Under the pieces are notes generated by a model that was not told the origin of the DNA, made no database searches, and worked only from the letters and a program-made list of their open reading frames with translations. Made by a program: the position numbers and the translations under genes. This document shows, piece after piece, positions 13,575 through 25,976 of a DNA stretch of 64,000 bases (its first letter is position 1; the number at the start of each line of letters is the position of its first letter). Origin of the DNA: Camelus ferus (Eukaryota); NCBI RefSeq assembly GCF_009834535.1, contig NC_045697.1, positions 60,638,001 through 60,702,000 on the forward strand, written 5' to 3'.

Positions 13575-14220
13575 TATTCACCTATTGATCCAGCAGCTAT
13601 TCACTATCTACCCAACATGATCTGAGTCCCATGTTATCTGTGAGGGGTTTTAATAGTGGGCAGGTCTGATTCAGTATTTGCTGTCATGGAATATATAGTA
13701 TAAAGGGGAGGACAGACATTGCCTAAGTAATTATAAGGGGTGTGAATAAAGTGAACTACTATAAATGAGTGTAATAGTTGAACCTACCTTAGCCTAAGAG
13801 GAAATCAAAAATTCTAGGAAAAAATGACTATATAAAGAATTAGCCAGAGCAGCTAATGAGATGCAGTGGGTGGTGGACAGTTTTATTGCTTCTAGGAAAA
13901 TCTCTTTTTTTAAAAAAAAAAAAAGCTTGATTCATAAACAAATACAAAGAAGTACATTATGGCTGGAAAACAAAGGAGAGAAAGAGAGAAATGAGACAAG
14001 ATGAGAATGTTAGACAACAGCTAAAATACTTACAAGTTAGTTCAAGGATCTGGGTTTTTATTCTGAGAAGTTGAAAGCTGAATGCCCTTAAGTAGAATTA
14101 AATGAGTATTTATAGCAGACACCTCATTATTGATGAAATGAATGGAATGGAATAAGAGTTGGAAGACGTGACTTTTAGAAAACAGTCAGGAGGGAACTCT
14201 GTAGGTATCCAGCGAAGGTG
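13575..14220 (-). mobile_element. L2 LINE 3' fragment (appears to continue at ~16225-16410)
   Basis: 'gctgtcatggaatatatagtataaaggggaggacagacatt', 'aaggatctgggtttttattctgag', 'cagtcaggagggaactctgtaggtatccag'. Confidence 0.6.
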
Positions 14221-14764
14221 GTGTTTCAAAAAGTGAAAAGGAGAACTGGTGTCAGGGAACACAATTCTGGGGGCCTTAACTTGAAGGGCTTTCTTTAAAA
14301 TGGTCTTTAGAAGTCTCCCTCTGGCACGTGGACTGTCCAGGATGGCAATTCCATCCAAACAAAGCTTCCTGAGCTCAGATCATGACCTACTGTGAGCCCA
14401 GGGACTCATGGCCCGTTCAGGGCTCTCTACATGAACAGGTTGGACCAGATTTTTCAAGAAGCTCTAGAACTTGTACTGTGAGAGTGTCCGAGGGCCCAGT
14501 GGCTATTCCCCTGTCTCAGGAGGACAGTCTTGTGAGTGGATTGCTCCCACTGACCAATATCTCCTTCAGGATTATTGAGACTGGCCCCAGGATGATGCAG
14601 ACATACTAATTTGGGATGACGCTCACATTGGACACAGGAAAAGTTGAGGAGTCTGAGACACTAACAGTCCATTGCTTGCCTTTAGGTTTAATAAGAGTAT
14701 ATAAACCATTTCCTCAGTTTTTGTCCATTTAAGCTTCTACCTCAAGGCAGCCTTGGGTCTAGAG

Positions 14765-14996
14765 CAGAGCCTCTCAACCTTGGCATTATTGACATTGCAA
14801 GCTAAATAATTCCTTGTTTAGCAGAGGCAAGGGGACTATCTGTGCATTGTGGGATATTAAGCAGCATTATGGCCTCTTCCCACCAGACACAAGTATGAAC
14901 ATGGCTCCTTTTCCCTAGTTGAGACAATCTGAAATGATGTGGTCATACATTACAAAAACCACTTAGCCAAAAAAGCAGCCATGGTTGGGAACACTG
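14765..14996. mobile_element. MER20 (hAT-Charlie MITE)
   Basis: 'cagagcctctcaaccttggcattattgacatt...tgtgcattgtgggatattaagcagcat...ggttgggaacactg'; 8-bp hAT-type target gtctagag / tcctatag. Confidence 0.85.
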
Positions 14997-15623
14997 TCCT
15001 ATAGCATCTCAGTTGAGACAGAGACAAGAATCTTTTACTCTGGCACTCACTTGCCCATGGCACCCAGGACAGTTACCCAGCTCTGCAGGCTCTATGCGCC
15101 ATGCCAGTCAGTACTTGGTTATAGCTATCTCTATCCTGTCTGAGGGCTTTTGACACTATTGCTCTGCAATGATAATGGACTATTCTAGTCAATGTGGTTG
15201 TCATCAGTCTTAAGCCTCGTCAGATTAGGGCCGATGTTCCTGTGAGAATTGGACTACTATTCTCATTCTCCCTATAGACCTCTTGCCAACTGTGTGTGAA
15301 GGGCGGTATGCCATTAATACTGAAAGACATCACATTCTAGGAATGCAATGGTTACAGCCTAATGCATTGAAGAGAAGACACAATTGAAAGATATGTTGTC
15401 CTATGTTTACCATAAAATTTTAAATGGAAAATTAACGTATCCAGAAAATGAATAACAGCTCACATTTTCCTGCATACTCTGAGTAAGACTTGCATTCATG
15501 GTCCTCATCAACGGAGTACAGAAACAACCTTTGAGGAAATCATCAGAAGCCAGGATTTCAGAAGAGAATAGGGTTCAATGGATGGTGCCGCATTATGAGT
15601 AACAATGTAACTAGCATCAAATA

Positions 15624-15852
15624 CAATGGTCCCATGGTATCTGCAGGAGATTGGTTCCAGGAGCCCCCAGACATACCAAAACCCATGGGTGCTCAAGTCA
15701 TTTATATAAAATGGAATGGTACAATGAAAATATTCGCTCCCTGTGGATGTGAAACTCCTGAATAGAGAGGGCCAACTGTATATTTATTTTATTTAAAAAA
15801 TTCCATGTATAAGTGGATCTGCACAGTCCACATCTGTGTAAAGAGTCAACTG
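15624..15852 (+). mobile_element. TcMar-Tigger MITE (MER8/Tigger3-like)
   Basis: TA on both sides; 'ggtatctgcaggagattggttccaggagccccc...gtgctcaagtcatttatataaaatgg...tataagtggatctgcacagt...gtcaactg'. Confidence 0.85.
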
Positions 15853-16224
15853 TAATTGGTATGAAGAAACTACAAAGGCAAGCAGATCCGTATTATTTCA
15901 GTACAAACATTCTAAAGAGCCACTGTAGCAATGGACTTGCTAGCTTTTCCTCATAGTGGGAGATAAGACATTAGTCAGAAATGATGCATTAGCCAATAGA
16001 GAAAGAACATGAAAAGATGGTTCCTGGACCCGAACAGGAAGATATGGTACCTCACAATGAATAATTTTCACATGAGCCGATAAGAAAATTAATAAATCTT
16101 TAAATACACCTTCTTTACCAATTATTCTAAATCTTTATTAATAAATCACTATATTTGTCATCAGCTGATGAATAATTTTTAAATCAAATCGATTATATAA
16201 ATAAGACCATACAACAAGTATTTA

Positions 16225-16410
16225 CCTGGACTGTGCACACCTGAGAGTCAACTTGGTGGAAAACAGTGGATTGGGAAGATTTTCTGAAGTAGAATCTAGG
16301 ACTTGGTGACTTATCAGACATAGGAAGAGGAAGAGAAGAGTTAAATATGTCTTCCAAAGTTTCTGACTTGAAAAATTAGGTACATAAAAAGAGTACTGAT
16401 GTTTTCCCAT
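16225..16410 (-). mobile_element. L2 fragment
   Basis: 'gaagtagaatctaggacttggtgac...aagtttctgacttg'. Confidence 0.65.
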
Positions 16411-17436
16411 GTTACAGTTACCTTTTGAGTATTATATAATCTGTAATTTAAAAATTTTAGCTTTCTTAAGGTATAATTGACATCTAATTCATAATTTTGT
16501 TTGAATAAGCGTGTTTTCCAAAGTTTCAAAAATTTAAGGCCATTGTAATGGTTTAGTTGTAACAATAGTTTAGTTGTTTTTAAACTAAAGTTTAATCTTT
16601 ATCCAAATTGCTTATCCCATTGAAAAAGAGCAACAAAATTCAGATGAATTCTTTTCTTTCTTCTTTTTCCTTAAATTTAAACTTTTAAAATCTAGCTAAT
16701 TTTTGCATGAATAAAAGTGGATTGTTAAATCGTCCAAAATACCTTAAATCATAAAGCCTTCAGTTTTCCAAGACTAAATCAATGTAGAGCAATCCAGACA
16801 ACTGAACTATAAAAATAGAGAGTTGTGTACCCTTGTCTTATTTCATTTGAGTAGTATAGCACACTGATTGACATTTAAGAAATGTACATTCAATACTTAT
16901 CCTCCTGAGAGGGTAAGAAATAGCCTCACATTCAGTAACACTCATCTGCACCTAACTGGGCTATGGTCTCAAATTTATTCTCAAAAGTTTGTGTTCTGAT
17001 CTAAGTTTGATTTGATTATGGGAGGGATCCTACATTTTAATAAAAATGCATTGTCATTTTTAACATAATTTCATTTTTAGTTGTTGTCTATAGAATTTTC
17101 CAACATGCAAATAGATTCTTAGAGATAATTTAAAATTCCATAATTAGTTGAATATAGGATGATCAAAGGTATTCTACTTTATCACCTCATGAAAAAACAA
17201 AAACTATCTTACATCAAGACCTCATGACTATTATTACAGTCACTCTATGTGTATTTGACTAGAGGGAGAATGACTAGAATTCATCCCTTTCCTACGAACA
17301 CCCACTAGTGACTGGAACAGCATTCAGGGTTCTTTTCTCTTCTTTTTGTGATTTCCCAGTTGGTGGTGGGCTGGGCTTTGGAAGGAAAGCATTTCACTGC
17401 TCTCTACTCCCTATTACCACCCTGGATCGCCTCCCT

Positions 17437-17466
17437 TTGTTTTGTTTTGTTTTGTTTTGTTTTTGA
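17437..17466. repeat. (TTTTG)n microsatellite
   Basis: tttgttttgttttgttttgttttgtttttg. Confidence 0.9.
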
Positions 17467-17489
17467 TTGTTAAAAACAACACAAACAAG

Positions 17490-17620
17490 GATGACTTAAT
17501 CAGTACTCATTATGTGCTAAGTTGTATGTTGAGCATATGGCAAACATTATCTCCTTTAATTTCACAAATACCCTGAGAGGCAGGATATTAGCTTGTAGAT
17601 GAAACTAGTTGGTAGATTAA
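17490..17620 (-). mobile_element. MIR fragment
   Basis: 'tactcattatgtgctaag...cattatctcctttaatttcacaaataccctgagaggcagg...tgtagatgaaact'. Confidence 0.65.
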
Positions 17621-19978
17621 AAAACAGATGTTCATCAAGATCATATAACGCGATGACTTTCATCACATGACTAACAGCAGAATGCTCTCTATTATTCCCA
17701 GGTGCCTTGTATGAGTATTAGTTTTATCAGAAACTCAGGGTGAAAAAACCCTTTATTTGGAAGGATTATAGATTTTTCTCATCCTCTGAAGGTTATCAAT
17801 GTCAGTATCATAAATTCTCAAAGAGTGACGTGGTATACCCAGAGAGATCCATTTTAGTTTACACAGTTTATTTAGATATTATGTTTTATGAGTAACTAAC
17901 AGATAGATATAATTCAACATCAAAAGGGATAGTAATAAGAGAGAGAATGAAAGAAGGGAATGACACAGAGTTTAATATTTTAGCTTGCTACTTTTGTACT
18001 GAATGCCATAAAAACTTATAATCAATTAAGGTATTAGAAAATGTTGAATTCATCTAAGCACTTTAAATTGCTACAGACAAGGAATAAAAATGTTCTCCTA
18101 TATAATTAATGGATAGCCAATATTTGAACTCACTACTAATATAGTGATTTTCTCAAGTGCTATAAATGATAGCATTATTTGAATAAATACAATACTTTTC
18201 ATAAATAAATATATTCCCTTGAGAACCTTTTTTAAAATCAGATTATTTTCTAACATGCATTTTCCACTCTATAGCTATGTCAGAAATTTATCCAAACTTT
18301 GTAATTTGAGGGGAAAACTTTCAAAATATGCTGACTGTTGAAACGGTATTTTGTAGGAACAGAGACATTATTACATTTAAAATCGTTGTTTGAACAGATG
18401 TAAACTAAGACATAATTTGGAACATTGACAGAAGGCTGACATCTAGAAAAATAGGGATGTGCAATCAGAGTTTGTTGTAATATATGGCAACATTTTTATA
18501 TACCAAAGCTATTTATCGACACTTCAATAAAAGGCAGAAGGAAATTGTCATAGAAAATAGTAGACATGACTTGAAGATGTGATAGACAGATGGGAATCAT
18601 AATGAAATATGAATGGAATATAATAGAGCAGAAAAATGAAATGTTGAAAACATACGTAATGATTAAAAATGGAAAAGCCTGCAATAAAGTAAAAATTTAA
18701 AATACTTTAAAAAGTGTTTTAAAGGGAGGTTCTGGTGAATTTTAACCAGATGGGCCAGAGATGAACCCATCAGAGAGCATATGGGATTAATGAATCTAAT
18801 CAAACAGAGTTTAGGATGAGTTAAATCACATGTGTTGATCACAAAATTCGGGACTACCAGCTTTCTCTGCGGTTTGCGACACAGAAGCCGTGCCTGTATC
18901 ACACGTCGGAGTGCATGCAGACTGCCAAAGGGAATGCCTAAGAGAACTTTTACGGAGAAGTATGAAACACAGTGTTTTTGCTCTATGATTTTTAATTGTT
19001 GAAGGCATATTTCCAGGTAGAGTAAGTACAATTTAAAATAGCTGTTTTTGTTGTTCCTGTTGTTGTGGTTTTCTTAGTGTTTGGTTCCTAAAAATTAACA
19101 ATGTGATATTAAATCTTCATAACACTATCTTATATTGAGTGTTTTTCTTCCTCCAAAATATTTCCAATCTATAAAAAAAAAAAACATATCCACAAGAGCT
19201 TCCTCTCACCTCCTTTCTTAATAGCAAAGCAGCATGTGTTCAGTGGTGAACCCAGTTTCTCACAGCCTTTTCTGCAAGATCGCTGCCCTTCAGGAGCGTT
19301 CACTTGCCTGTAGTTGGTTTGCTCACTGTGTTTTCAGGATCTGGGCCCGTGGTTAGGACCTAATATATGTACTTTGAGTCCTACTGACCCTTAGAAATTA
19401 TAGAAGAGCAGAAAAACTCCTCATATTCAGTCAACACGTTTATCGAAATTATTTTAAATAAGAAAATATTATAATGGTATTTATTTAAGCTGTAAGTAAT
19501 TATACAAATAAAAGGGTTTTTTTTTCCTTATTAAATATTCCCCCCACCAGAGAACAGCTATGATGTCGTAAAGAGATTTTGGGCTACGAAATCAGAATGC
19601 CTTCAGTTCAGTTCTATATGGACCTCAGTAAACTCCTGAGACTTCCTTGCCTTTGGTTTTCTCTTCTGTACAATGAAGAAAATTGTGAAGATTTCAAAAA
19701 ACATGTTGAAAACTTCCAGCACGCAACAGAACAACTGTCAAGTGGAAACTAATTTTAAATCTGCCATACTTAGACACTTAGTTACTACGTTTGTCACCAA
19801 CTTTCCCAGGGAAGAGCCATTTCCAGAATATAAATTCATTTAAATTCAATCTTTTGTTATTATAAAATGACTATGTGGTAAAGAATTATGGATTACTTTT
19901 CATAGACAGAAAAGCAGCCCTCTCAGGGATGTCAAAGGGTAGCCAAGGTCACAAGAAATGTTATTAAGAACACTTACA

Positions 19979-20199
19979 TGTCTTGGCTATTATAAATAGT
20001 GCTGCTATGAACACTGAGATACACATATCTTGTCGAATTAGAGTTTCCTTCAGAGATACGCCCAGGAAGGGGATTGCTGAATCACATGGTAAGTCTATTT
20101 TTAGGATTTTAAAGACTCTCCATATTGTTTTCCATAGTGGCTGCACCAGAGACTAACACAACGTTCTAAATAGACTGTACTTCAACCACAGAAACAAAC
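19979..20199. mobile_element. Short 5'-inverted (twin-primed) L1 insertion with TSD
   Basis: 19979-~20147 is antisense L1 ORF2 C-terminus (ORF 'MQPLWKTIWRVFKILKIDLPCDSAIPFLG'); ~20143-20199 is the sense extreme 3' end 'caccagagactaacacaac...gactgtacttcaa' plus A-rich tail; TSD aagaacacttaca (19966-19978) / aaaaatacttaca (20200-20212). Confidence 0.8.
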
Positions 20200-20714
20200 A
20201 AAAATACTTACAATTCCCAAATGTTAATTCATAGCACTTTCTTAAGATGCTTTTTTAAAATTAGATTGAGGAAATTCAGCTTGCTAACGTAAGTATTGAA
20301 TTATGTGCAAATTCCACATTAATGATTTGGTGAAACAATTGAGTTGTTAAGTAAGTATATCTCAGTACTTCTATAGTAATTGTTCGCATATTTTTTAATT
20401 CCAAAAAATAATGAGCAACTTCTAAGTAGAGAGCTGACCATCTTCCCACCCCATTTTAGGGTCAGTTTTAGACACTGTTTTGGTAAAAACTAACCTGCTT
20501 AAATAAAGTAAATAATTGAATAAGCTAGATACATATTAGGGAGGCTTATTATAAACACAAAGGCTACTGGGTAATTTTTAAAAACTAAGTTAATGAAGGA
20601 TAAAATTGATTAGTCAAAAGTAGAATTGTCAAAAAAATCAGAATTCATAGGTTAAACATTATACTACATATTCTTAGAAATCAGTGGGCGGGACAATGAA
20701 ATCTTTTTCTAGAG

Positions 20715-20860
20715 CAGTGGTTTCCTGAGTGTTAATTAGAATCCCTCATGGACCACTGTTTAAAGAGACATCTGATACAGAAGGCCAGGGTGCGTCTGGT
20801 GAATATTGAAAAAAGCTCCCCAGGTAATTCTGATAATCAGTTAGATGTAGGGCCCATTGC
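20715..20860. mobile_element. MER5-like hAT-Charlie MITE
   Basis: 'ctagagcagtggtttc...ttagaatc...aaagctccccaggtaattctgat...ccattg'. Confidence 0.65.
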
Positions 20861-22249
20861 TTAATTATCTTCTGTAACACATTAGCAGCAAAAACATGAG
20901 CTAAATCACTAAGCTTTTATCAGTTTCCTTGTCCTGTCATCAATCAGCAAAACCCTTAAAATGTCATCTTTTTTTACTTCAAATATTCCAATGAAAACAT
21001 ACTCATCAGTCAAATTTTCAACATTCTCCAATCCTCACAACAAACAAACAAACAAATAGATTTTTGAGAAGGAAATATATGACATTGAATGGCTCTTGCC
21101 TTCCTCTATTCCCAAGTTCAAAAATTCATTTTGAATGCATGAGTCCGAGCATTTGAACTGTTTCAGCTCTATGTAATGGAGACCGGAATGTTGTTAGGTG
21201 GAATACATTCCACTGTGATTCTGTTCCCCTTTTCTCTCACACCTTGGACTAGGCTTGGAACACCAACTGGCCTTCAGAGTTCAGCAGTCAGGTGAACAAG
21301 GGATAGCCTTGTCTGGAAAACTGTAAGCTCTCTATTCCCACTTACTGATAATCATTCACTGTGAAAGGCTGACAAAAGAGAGGTTATGAGGTGACAGAAG
21401 GCACTGTAGCACTAAGAGCAATTTGGGGATGCAAATTAAACACACTTCTTGGATTAACCTCATGACTGAAGATCCAATTGATCCTTCTAGATAAGAGATT
21501 TTTGGGCAGGGAGGCTGCTGTGATCAAGATAAGATTGTTCTAAGAATTTTATCACTACTGCTTTGGCTCTTGGGAAAATGCAAAATGATTGGCATACAAT
21601 AAATACGTCCCTTCCTATTTATTTTTATCCTAACAGCAAGAGAAAAGCAGCCTTCAAGGCAGAGATACATAAGCAGCTGGAGGTTTAGTCTTTAAGCATA
21701 TACTCAAATAATTCATTGGCCCTCACAAAAAATTTATCTGACTTTCATGAACATTAAGTATAAAATCCACTAGACTAAAATTATTTAAATAAAATGTGTA
21801 AATTCTAATAATAGGAAGTAATGTGAAAAATCACGAGTGTCACGAGAGTAAAATTTTTGTACTGATTTAGTACCAGTGCTTAATTTGAGAATTACAAATT
21901 GCATGTGTGTTCACTGAACTAAGTTTTTATTTTTCTTGTGCCATTAGAACATAAAAACCTTTAAAAACCAGGAAAAAGCCTATCAATTTTTCCCTGCCCA
22001 ATTTAATTGTGAAGGTAAATAGATGAGAAGTGACTATATAGCAGTACTTCCCCATAAATATCATTCTTCTGCACTATACATCAGAGCCTGATGTGAGAAG
22101 TAACTGACTGGTGTATTAAGTTACTGAAGTTCCAATTCATATACATTACTGTAATTTCTGCTCAACTTACTATGTAAAGCTATAGATCACTTTTTATTCT
22201 TATTCTAACTATAATCCTATTTATTCTTTTTGAATTGTTATGTATCTCT

Positions 22250-22470
22250 AATAATAATAATAATAATAGCTATCACTTATTGAACACTTAATATGTGCCA
22301 ATTATATTGTTAAACATTTGAATAATTTATGATTTAATATCTAAAAATACTTTGATGACCTATCTTACAATCCTTTGTCTATGGCTGACACAGCTGAACA
22401 TAGAGAGGTTAAGACTGCAATGTCTCACAATCAGCAAATGGGAGAATCTGGATCTGAAGGTATGTGACTG
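22250..22470 (-). mobile_element. MIR SINE with (AAT)n tail
   Basis: '(aat)n agctatcacttattgaacacttaatatgtgcca...agagaggttaag...ggatctgaa'. Confidence 0.75.
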
Positions 22471-22896
22471 ACAAATTTTTTGCAAGCAATCAATAAGCCA
22501 TGCTGATTCATATTTCAGCTATACCAACTTCTTGCACTTGAACATTAAACAAACTTTAAACATAGGAGTATTACGTTTATTCCTTTATGATATTTCACTG
22601 TTCCTTTTTTGGAGTGCTCCATGCTTTTTCTGTAAATCTAAAGCAAAGAAAATAAACATCACATTTGAATTTGTGGTTAATGTAATGGTATAATTGTGTG
22701 TCTGTGTATGTGTGTTTGCATGTGTTTATTTTATTCAAACAGTGTATCTTTTCTATCATACAACTGTTGAAAATATTAAGAATAGATAATTTTAAGAAAC
22801 ACAGTATTTAGGGAGAAAGTGAAGTCTCATTTAAAGTAATAGAACTTGCTCTGAGCAATATGGAAAATAAGGTTAATTTAAAAATACCGCCTGTGA

Positions 22897-23252
22897 GGGG
22901 GTTGAGCCAAGGTGGTGCAGTAGAGAGACTCACAGCTCGCCCTCTCCCACAAATACACCAAGAATTACATCTACAAACTCACTGAATTGTGCAGAACACC
23001 TACTAAACTCTGGCAGAATGTCTCTCGTTTCGAAATACAGAAGGATTCTCACAAAATCTGTTAAACAACAAGTTTATACTGTATGGCACAGGGAACTATA
23101 TTCAATATCTTGTAGTAACTTATGATGAAAAAAAGTATGAAAACGAATATGTGGGTGTTCCTATATGACTGAAGTATTGTGCTGTACACCAGAAGTTGAC
23201 ACAACATTGTAAATTGACTATACTTCAATAAAAATATATATAAAAAATAAAT
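22897..23252 (+). mobile_element. L1 derivative: 5' UTR start fused to 3' UTR end with poly(A) and TSD (candidate spliced L1)
   Basis: Start 'gggggttgagccaaggtggtgcagtagagagac' resembles the L1 5' terminus (ccaagatggcg YY1 box); junction 23060/23061; 3' part matches the L1 3' UTR at 32327-32490; AATAAA and A-rich tail; TSD aaaaataccgcctgtga (22880-22896) / aaaaatatcaccagtga (23253-23269). Confidence 0.85.
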
Positions 23253-23429
23253 AAAAATATCACCAGTGAAATCTATCATAATTGTAATGGCATATTTCTT
23301 GTATTTATTTTATACACATATATATATTACTTTTTTATTTTTGAATTCCATTTCATTAAAATTTTATTTTAAAATACAATTTTAATGTCTACATATCTAG
23401 TATTCCTTATAGACTGCCCCCAATAAAAT

Positions 23430-23532
23430 TTAACACAAATGAAGGCATTTTTGCCTGTCTCGTTCCCTGATGTGAACATTAAGAATCCCTGGAATATAAG
23501 AGGCACTTAACTGTGGTGTGAATAAATGAATT
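23430..23532 (+). mobile_element. L2 3' end
   Basis: 'tttgcctgtctcgttccctgatgt...cctggaatataagaggcacttaa...tgaataaatgaat'. Confidence 0.65.
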
Positions 23533-25976
23533 TAACCAAGTTTCTGTATTTGGAGATATTGGTTATTTTCAGTTTCATAGTATTAAAAACCCACATGGGA
23601 TGACTTCGGCTTATACACTGAGCACAGACATGATTACTTTCTTACAGTTAACTCCTAGCTGCAAGATTATCAGTCAAAGAGTATATGCTTAATTTTATGG
23701 CTTTTGAGTTTTTCTAGTTTTTCTTTTTTTTAACAATTTTAAGGCATAAAGGGGGTTATGGCTGCACTTTTCATGACATTTTTTGGTTTTTAGGAGAAAT
23801 AGATCAGTAATTTCCTACAGTAAGATTTGGCTTGTATCAAGCTATCTGGGCTGTCTGTCTCTCCTATTAAAAAAAAAAAATCTGTCTCAAAAAATCCCCT
23901 CTAGACATTACCTGTAATTTTTTCTGTAGGTTTTCTTTGTTTTCCCATATCAATGTGACTTATGGTGAACAGACTTTTTAGTTCTGTCTATGATTTGAGA
24001 CTTTATGAGGTGTCTGAGGACAAGAATGAGGCCAGGTGGCAGCTGGCTGCCACCTCCACTGGCCTCATCTAAGGGAGATGGGAAGGCAGAAGAAAGGGCT
24101 CTGGAATAGGGTTTTTATATTAGCAAACTGCCTCCTGAAAAATATACACCTGTTTATAATCCCACTGGATATGGATGAGGATACCTCCTTTTCTAATCTT
24201 TGGACTACAATAGGTATTTTCTGTCTTAAAAAGTATCATTTGGTTAGGAGGAAACTGGCATCTCAATTTATTTTTATTCAAACGGAACACACTGCAAGTT
24301 TATTCATTTGTGAATTGCCTTTTTTCTGTTTTTCTTAGATGGTTTGTTTCTTGCAGTATTTGTCTTAGTTCTGACATTTACACTTGAGTTAGAGTCACCA
24401 TTGAGAAGCTGGTTTCAAACTGAGAGCTGAGACTACCGGTAGTCTTTTATATTTCTAATCTGATTTACTGGCTCCTCTTACTCCATGGTCTTTTCATATT
24501 GGGGCATGCAGAGATGAAGACATGAAAAGGTCTCTGCACTGCATGGTTAGACACTGAGCTGAGGCTGGTACTAGTAAATCTGCCAATTAACACCCAGGCC
24601 AGCAGTTCAGAGGAGACACAGGGCACCCTTGAACCTTTTGGGCATCTGATGTTTGGAAAGTTAAAAACAGATTAAATATTTCATTGTCAAAATCATATTG
24701 AGCTGCACATAAATTGAAGGCGCCATGAGGGGTGTAATGTTCTGCTTCCTTTAGAGATCCACAATCTAGTGTTTATTTAGTTCTTGATACCCATTAGATA
24801 AATGCTTTGATGTATTATATCAGAGCTTTAATTTTTGACTTAAAATGGAGATCAAGTTACACCACTTGGTATAGCAACAGGGTCTCACCTGAAGTGATGA
24901 GAACATTCATTGTGTAACAGTTACCTGGAAAAGAAGCAGGGCTTTAGAGGGGGTGTCTAGTTGGGCTGCATTCAGGTAACCTCACTCTTTGGATCTTTAT
25001 CACAAAAGCATCAAGGAAGAAGAGAGCAAAGAGATGAGACAGAATCTAAGCAAAATGAAACCTTGAAAGATACCCACAAGGTCAGTTCTTTGAGGCACCA
25101 ACAATCTTACTGTGTCCCAATGAGAAATGAGGCAGAGCCTTTCAGCCCAGAGAAAAGCTCTCTGTGGCAGTACAGTATACTTGTCTTTTAAGTCAGTCTG
25201 TATTTATATTCATATATTCTCTTTGGTTCCTTTCCTGCTGTCTTAATGTTTATTAAAGTATGTATTTTTGTTTGTTTATCTATTTTTTTACATTTATAGG
25301 CTGCTTGGGCTGAACTAAGAGTAGATTTGGGTACAAATTTATACTAAAACCATAGAGTAAAAATGACATACTCCTGTGGTACTTTAATGTTGGAATACCA
25401 GGTATCAAAGTGTGAGAACTCCAAAGGGAGATGATTCACCCTGGGAGGTACTAGATTACTTAATGATACGTCCCTTCCCACCTAGAGACACAAACATGCT
25501 AAGTCTTGTTGTAAAAACTGAGGCGGATGTTCTTACACACAGACATGTGTAAAGACAGTACAAGGAAATTTGTGATAATTGCTATAATCTGAATTACGTT
25601 TTGGTGAAATGTACTTATAACTTCTTAATAGATTGACACCCAGTGGATTTGGCAAGCGTTTCATTCCATTTCTCTACAAAAAATGATCAAAAGGAATTGT
25701 ATTCATTCTCTAATAGTGATTAAACTAGGCTAAGTTATCCATTTATCATGAGTTTGATATTTTCAGGATGTATCCCTAAGGGCAGTGTTAGGCATTCTGA
25801 TTTAGCTCTTGAAAAGCATACCTTAAACTGCACAAATTTGTCCTTGGTCTATCCTATTTATTGATTCCAGGGCTTGTTGGCAAGATACTGTAGGAGGCAT
25901 TAGTGTAGGGAGCATGTATGTTGGCAGTCAAAGGAGAGTTGATGGCAAAAAGCTACGTCTTCTAAAGATAATTGCT

